Source: Raillietiella orientalis (lineage: Eukaryota). From it: a stretch of DNA of 64,000 bases. The notes below the pieces were generated by a model that did no database searches, was not told the origin of the DNA, and worked only from the letters and a program-made list of their open reading frames with translations. Shown piece by piece: positions 56,701 through 64,000 of this stretch (its first letter is position 1; every line of letters starts with the position of its first letter). Location of the stretch: contig JAYWIR010000047.1 in NCBI GenBank assembly GCA_036172245.1, positions 1,054,001-1,118,000 of the forward strand, given 5' to 3'. The translations under genes were made by a program, and so were the position numbers.

Positions 56701-59700
56701 CGCAAAAGAAACATCCACATCGTAGTACAGTAATTTAATGCACCTGCTAAACTCATCAAGATACGCCAATGTAAATCACGTTAAGTTCTACACTAGGAAC
56801 AAAAATCCCTGATTGAGAGGAAATACGAAAAGTAAAACTTGAAAAATACGCCGACAACAACTTTTGATTCCAGAACTTTAAATTTGAAAGAGAGAGAGAG
56901 AGAGAGAAAACGATCAGCAAGAGAATATTTTTTTAAAAAAATACGCGAATTTTTTCTTTTTTTGAGAGAGAGCTTTTCGCATTACATAATAAAAAACGAA
57001 ATCAATTTCAAACCTCTAAATAGCAGCCGAAATGTGTGTTGAGTGCTTGAGAATCAAACATTGAGGGCAGCACAAATTCCACATCACAATGACCGAACTG
57101 AAAGAACGCTTTTATACCGATTAAACATCGATACAACACACAAATCTGCATCATTTTACACATCAATTTCGCATTGCATTTTTTTTTCCTGCGAATTAAG
57201 TTTTAAGAAAGGAGATTTCCGAAGCATCCAATTCCAACTGAAAAAGGTTCTGAAGAAGATATTCCCTGCGTATGAGCTCTTCTGCTTGGATATGGTACGG
57301 CGAGGAAAAAAAAAAAATGTCCTGAACTGATATCTTTGAAAACGTCTACTTTAGGTGTTCACAAAATGTATAAGAATGCAACCGACACTATAAGAAGCAA
57401 AATACTTTTCTTTGAGATTGAAAAAAAAAAAAAAAAAACATAACTATCGGAGTTAAAAATTACATTCGACATGGCACGTCCACAGTTTTTTTTTTTTTTT
57501 TTTCTTTAGTACATTCAAGATCTATTTGCAATTCGAATCCATAAACCGAAAGCGTTCGTGATGCTCGTTCTTCTTAGCCAGAAAACACCCAACAAATGAC
57601 GATCGGTCGCAGACACATTCAACATCAAAAGAAGCAAAAACAAACCACGACTCAAAAGTACCTACATCCAACAATCTTTCGTGTTGCAAATCTTTCAGTT
57701 TGCAATACAAGTCGCCAAAATGCAACTGCTCATTTTTTTTTTCCTCATGTAAATCTCCTTTACAAAATTTCAATGCAAACAACGATTCAGTCCTAAACCG
57801 AAATCTGTGCAACTTTGGTCACCTAGGGAAACAATCAATGCGTTGGAATAAACAAATTAAATTTACATGGTATGTGAAAAGGAGGAGGAAGAGGGGGGGA
57901 AGAGAGGCTACCAACAATCGATTCGAACTGCAACAATGGGTCACAAGCATCAAACCAAAAAAAAAAAAAAACAAGAGGATCGGAAGCAAAAGGGAAAAAA
58001 AAAACAAAAAACAAATGGGCATTAAGCAAGCACTACGATTGATTGCGACTGCTCGAATTTATTTACATATTATATGCCATCTGCATTTAAAGCAGAATTA
58101 TCGATAAGGACTGGGGCTGGGGCTGGGGGGGGGGGGGAACCTAGCACCTTCCTTGCATAATGCAATTCTTGCGTTTCTAAGGCCCGGTGCCTTTATCCAA
58201 AGTATGTTTGGAGAATCCCACGAGAACAAGCGGTTAATTATAAATGAAAGTCACCATGCTTCCCATATCCGTGAAAACAAATGTGATATGAAGCACAAGA
58301 TCGAGGCATTCTTTACTATTAGTTCTCCAAATGCGCATGAACACTGCATCCTTGAACCAGATGGAATCGAAAATTGCATCATTAGCAAATATCTTTCTTT
58401 AATCGGGAACAAAACATTTCTCGCAGTTCCAAGCACAGTATTAAATGATGGATCCGACTGATTGCACTTAATTACTTTGATTTCACTGCAAATGCAGAAG
58501 ATTCACTTCCGAATAAGTCCCCCACACAATGCCATCAACGCGCTGAATGTCAGCTTTATGTACCTCAATACTATTTTTGGTTCGCAAAAAAAAAAAAAAG
58601 AAAAAAGAAAAAAAAAAAGAAGAAGAAGAAAAAAAAAAACTATTTCATAAAAACAGAAAAAGAACATTAGAATCTAATCCAGTGAATTAGCTTCCATTCC
58701 CTCAAATGCTAAATGCTAAAGGAAAGGGGGGAAAAAAAAGAGAGGGTTGGGTGGGGGGAAAGGGGTGGGTAGATGGGCGGGTGGGGGGTATCCGTCCACA
58801 ACACTACCAAAAACATACGGGAGAACTTTTTCAATGAGAAACGCATTTACTGTGTGGACACGAGATAGATGCAAAAATCGCAGGCGGTTCCATCCCGAAG
58901 ATCAATTCTGCGCATTTCAAGATACGTCTGCGGAGCAAAAAATTTCACTGTACCACGTGAGCGCTGGAGAAACTTTACTTCATACGTGACGAAGTCGTTC
59001 CCCATTTCAGTCTTTTTGAAATGCAAACTATTTTGAAACTCAACAAAAAAGCCAAGCTAATGCAATTCCTAGTTCGCTCTACGCATCTGAAACGAATTGC
59101 CTACAATTCCATAAGCTTGCTTCATCAAGTGCAGTTTGTCTCTGAGGTTTTCGAACGATAAAAGGCACTTAAGTGAAATCAACGCGCAGCAACGGCAGCC
59201 ATAGATGTCAAACTCAAACAAAACAAATTAACGATGCAATTTAAACTTTTTCATGTGTACAGTACTGCCCGTACGCTCGACAAAGATCAAGAGCTTTAAT
59301 TAACTCGGTGTCTACTCATAACCTCAGCTGGATTCTTTGAAGTTATGCTACCCATAATGGAAAAGCGTTTTCGGAAACCTGACGAAAACGTGAGCACACA
59401 AGCCATCCTCACAAACGCACATCGAATTAAGAAATAAACGGAAACATCTGCAAGAACGTTCTCAACTCGACCTATTAGGACGGGGGGGAGTCAAGCAAAT
59501 CCGGAGCGTGTTCCATGATCTGATGAAAAACCTATTTCTCCACAAGGAGGTCCAAAGGGAAAGCAAGCCTCGTACGCTCAGTCCCAGATTATATAAAACA
59601 GCATGCAGAAGGAAACTGAGAGATGAGTCAACGCTTGTACTTGTCAACAAATGCACATGGAGTTGGAGCAAAATCAATAACAAACCACATCTGAAGACAA

Positions 59701-62700
59701 CCTCACCTCACTTCACTTATGATGATCTTAGCCAAAAGGCCGAGAAGGGAGGGAGTGGCGCCGAACGAAGGAATGGAAAACACCCCCCGTTGCTGCGACG
59801 ATGCTTCCCGAAGGAACACCGGGTTCGCGAGATGCTGCAAATCACTGCACTAGGCAACGATCACCGGAAATCATCCTGTCTGGATGCAGCGGAGCACAAG
59901 AACCACAGGTAACAGCAGCAACAACCAGCGCCACGATCCACACCTCCTCCTCCTCCTGCTGATGCAAGTAATATAAATTGGAAATGGGGTATGTGGGATG
60001 TGCGTAGCGTCTGCTGGGCCGAGCACGTTGAAACAATTTGTCATTTAAATAAACGCACGATGCCGCCTCATTACACAATATCCAACCATGTGAAAACGAC
60101 AGGCTTACATAATTACAATAGCGAAGGAATCTTGGAACGAAAAAAGAAGACCAACGAAAAGAAATCGAACGGACTGAAGACGAGAGGCAAACAAAAAAGG
60201 AAAATACGAAAGGCGCAGTGCAATTTACTTCATCGAAATGATGGCTGCCATTAGCAGCTCGCATGATTAAAATCAAGGGCGGCCGTCTTTCGGAAGCCCA
60301 GTAGTACCACTGTCCTTTTTCATCTGGCTCCGGGAACAGACGAAACCGGAAACGAAAACATGACGGATGTGATTTCGGCGAACCCATGATCAATAAACGA
60401 CACGGAACGCTGTGATTTTGTGTGATCCCAAATGCGAACCAAGATGAAGTGGGAAGCTGCGAACCGAAATCCGCAGGCAGCATCGGCGGAGGAGCGAAAA
60501 GAGTTTGAGACGCACTTCCTCCCATTCGCAGGAACGTAAACTTTACCAGGAAAAACGTCCAAAACTCCGCACTGCCCTCGTGTGACCTCGATTCGAGTGC
60601 AGAAATCGCAGCAAGAGTGGAAAACGGCATTGAGGAAGAAGAAGAAAACCTTCCTATATTCTCAATCCCAAAGCTTTTCAGAATGATGAAAATTTCTGTA
60701 CGATTTCCAGAAGCTTTATTTTTCGTATTTTTTTTTTTTTCTTTCAAAACAGACGCCGTTCAAATGATATGAATATACGTAAAGGCCAAATGAATGTTTT
60801 TTTTTTTTTTTTTTTTTTTTATTTTCAATCGTTGCGTCTGCTCAGTTTTCTGCTGCGGACGGGAAATTTATTCCTTTCTTCTCCCACTTGCTTTCGCGTT
60901 GGTTTCACCGACAAACACCGTCTACCGAAAGATTTTCTCGATTTTTTCGCTTACCAGCATGATTAGAGGAATTCGCAAGACACCACGCAGATATTGTACA
61001 AATAACGCGTTCTTTTCAAGTGATTACGAAAAGAATGCCTCTCTCTCCACGGCCTTTCATGAGCGATGCAATTGAAACAGTGTTGCCAAATCTACTTCCG
61101 ATGGAAAAATCGTGCCTTCTGTTGGAAATACGGACTTGGATACCACTCCAATTAATCAGAAACAACCAGAACCGCAAATCCTGCATAACGCAGTCCTTCG
61201 CATCGTACAATAAATATATCCTTGTCCTCATGACGAATACTTTTTATCCTTTTTTTTTTTTTTTTTTACTTTACAGAAGCAGCAAAGAAACGGAATTCGT
61301 CACCAGCGAATTCTCAAACGGACCACAAGCGAATGCACAAAATTTGGCATGCTAATTCTCAGGAGAAAAAAAAAGGAAAAAAGGAATAACAGGGAGTATT
61401 AATACAACGAAAAAGTACAGTTGCTGCATGTACTTTGAATGACGAGCAGAAACGGCAGACATAATTTTCGCGCACTTATCCACAACCTTCCGAATGCCCG
61501 GGCGCATCACGAAGCGAATCTCGCAATCCTGCTGCCGCCCATTTCGACTTGGGAACCCCCACCCCCACCATCACCAGGAACGCACGGGCGATCACGCCTC
61601 GGCAGGGAAGGGAACGCAGGCACGCCACCGAACCGTGCACACCCGTGTGTTCCCTGCTACAGCGCAACACAGGAGGCTGCGAAATGGGAAAAACTCACCT
61701 CCTGAAGACGAAAGCGTGGCGGAGTGGGCCGTCGTCGTACCCACTCGGGCGAGGGAGCTGCGAATCGCGGCGACGACCATCCCCACTGCCTCGGATTTGC
61801 CAGAAGCGAGTCGCGACAGAAAACGGCTTGTCGCGGGGGGAGAAACCGGTTAGCCCACGCACGGTTTGGCCACGGTGTCGAGTTACGCCGGGCTCTTCCC
61901 TGTGCAGGAACCACACGCTCCGACACCGGAAACGGACAACACATTGTTGCACGCGGCGCGCTCGGAAACGAAGAGCTCGCCGCGCGGCAGACGGGAGAGA
62001 GAGGGGGAGCGCGGGGGGGGGGGGGAAGGCGAAATTCGCTGCCGACACCACTGGGTTTGCTCGGAAACGCGCACACATTCACACACACACACACACACGT
62101 ACACTCTTTTCCCTTTTTCGTCGAAAGCTTTCACAAAATCATGCTACTTACGTGAATTCCAGTGGCTTCCACTCGAGAGGAGAAAAACAAACGGAGGAAA
62201 CAAAAAAACAAACAAACAAACAAACAAAAAAAAAAAAAAAAAAAAAAGGCAAAACAGAACCGGAGTGCAACTAAATCACTGTGGCTAAGGATGAGAAAAT
62301 GAAGCTAGTCGGACGCCATTACGATGACCGAGGAGAATGGGAGAACTGCTGCACGGTCCGCTGTGACGCAATTCTACTTCGGAATACCACATCACACCGA
62401 AATACAATCGAAGCTCTCACTATCACGGGACTATTGCGCATGACCGTAGCACACGGGGAAGATCGCGCTCCGCAGCGCGCTAAGCTGTGCTTTCTCAAGG
62501 GATAAATCGATACCGTAGGGTGGCGCCAGGAATGTATAATCCACATGTATGAGATTTTTGCATAGGCAGCGGAGGGGGGGAGGGCAGCTCGCTTCACCCG
62601 AGCGAACGACCGCATGTCTCCATCCCGCATCGAGAAACTTCCTGATAAATATCCCGGTCCTTCTGCGTGTGTGCTTTTCTGCTTGCAGTCAACTCTTTGC

Positions 62701-64000
62701 AGGGTTTTTTCCTCTTTTTTTTTTTTTTTTTTTCTCTTTCCGAGTATTAATTTCCAGCTCCTGATGAATGACTGCGGTTCGCTTATGCAAGCTGCCAGTT
62801 TCGCAGTCTGTCTGCATGCGATGGAACATCCCGAAATGTACTTGTAATTAAGAACGTGTACCAAGTCGAGTTATTTGTTAATCATCCTTTTCATTATCTG
62901 CTGTTCGTTTGGCTGCTTGTCCTGTTGTTGTTGTTGGGAGGGAAGAATCCAGCTTGCGAAAACGAAGCTTGAATATAGAATGCAACCTTTGTGCCCAGAG
63001 GTTGCATCGACTCGTCGTTTGTACACGCATCGCTGTATTTCATTTTGTGTACGGAAGAATCGTGAGTTGTTGGGGCGGAAAGGCGCCAGCCCGAACAGCT
63101 CCCATGTGCCACCAAATCCAAAAGGGGAAGAAAAAAAAAAAAAAAAAAAAGCAGATATTTGGATCCAGCCGTTTGGGAGCATTTGGTTAATATTTCTTCT
63201 CCTGAAGCCATGACACAATAATCATCCCCTAATTTCCGAGATTTAGAAGGCGTTTAGTTGGGTTCCGACTCCACCGACTCCGTCGATGCATTTCTTTCGG
63301 CGGACCTTCTTCCTCCTCGCTTTCTGTCACTGGTGATTTTCCCCGGAACAAAAGAAGAAGAAGAAGAAGAAAAAGATAAAAAAAAAAAAAAGGAAAGAAG
63401 GAACGCTGTGGATATTTCGTAAACTTGCCTCCTTCCCGGAACGATCCCCGTGGAACCGACGACCAACTCATAGGGCGGAGACGCGCCAGACCTAGCTGGT
63501 CGACCTACCAGAGGTGCGTCGCCCGGGATGGTTCCTCCGCCGGGCCAAGAGACAGGGGCTGTGCAAGAAGGGAGAGGGGGGAACGCGAAGGGACTGAAAT
63601 CCGTACGAAGGGCGCGCGCAGTGCAGTGCAGTTGACACAACTGTATTCCCGGCTGATGATCCTGCCGACATTACACTACATGACTGGGACGTGATATCAC
63701 GAAAGAATGCAGAAATATGATCTCAGCAGGAATCTTAGGAAACAAAATGGTGATATAAATTCTTCCACCATGCCTCCCAGCTCACAGCACAAAAAAAAGA
63801 AGAAAGAAAGAAAGAGGGCGAGAAAATATCCCACGGAAGGGGGGATTTTCCGCGAGCACGATGGGGGTAGCCCTGTCTGGGGGCCGCGGCATTGTTACAA
63901 TTTAAATGACGTAATTTGAATGGAGGCGAAGCGCGCCCGTTGATTTCAAACACTAAATTTTGCTGTGCTCAAAGATGTCAGACCATTAATCAAATGCCTT

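Noticed and set aside
59842..60747. 301-aa minus-strand ORF upstream of mbl
   Set aside because: Composition is driven by homopolymers (F/K/S-rich) with no domain. It is likely intronic or intergenic noise.

Overview
This is animal (most likely arthropod) nuclear DNA with three intact, intron-containing genes whose exons can be joined in frame at GT-AG boundaries. They are HDAC3 (minus, 8 coding exons, 5835-11802, 427 aa), a divergently oriented TMEM164 (plus, 5 coding exons, 15964-17148, 332 aa, introns of only 36-52 nt) and a compact muscleblind/MBNL gene (minus, 48698-53750). The muscleblind gene can encode three tandem CCCH zinc-finger pairs, and it carries dense YGCY (Mbl-binding) clusters beside a candidate NLS cassette exon and around its distal poly(A) signal, which suggests autoregulation. 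Intergenic DNA is largely made of heavily decayed L1/Tx1-like non-LTR retrotransposon relics, recognised by eye from degenerate APE, RT and zinc-knuckle motifs. There is also one young 5'-truncated LINE copy with an intact target-site duplication (31809-32566) and a recent 305-bp inverted duplication (29970-30274 / 34343-34647). CpG is sharply depleted over the 5'/middle gene bodies and abundant elsewhere. No rRNA, tRNA, CRISPR or prokaryotic system is evident, and most entries in the ORF track are spurious.
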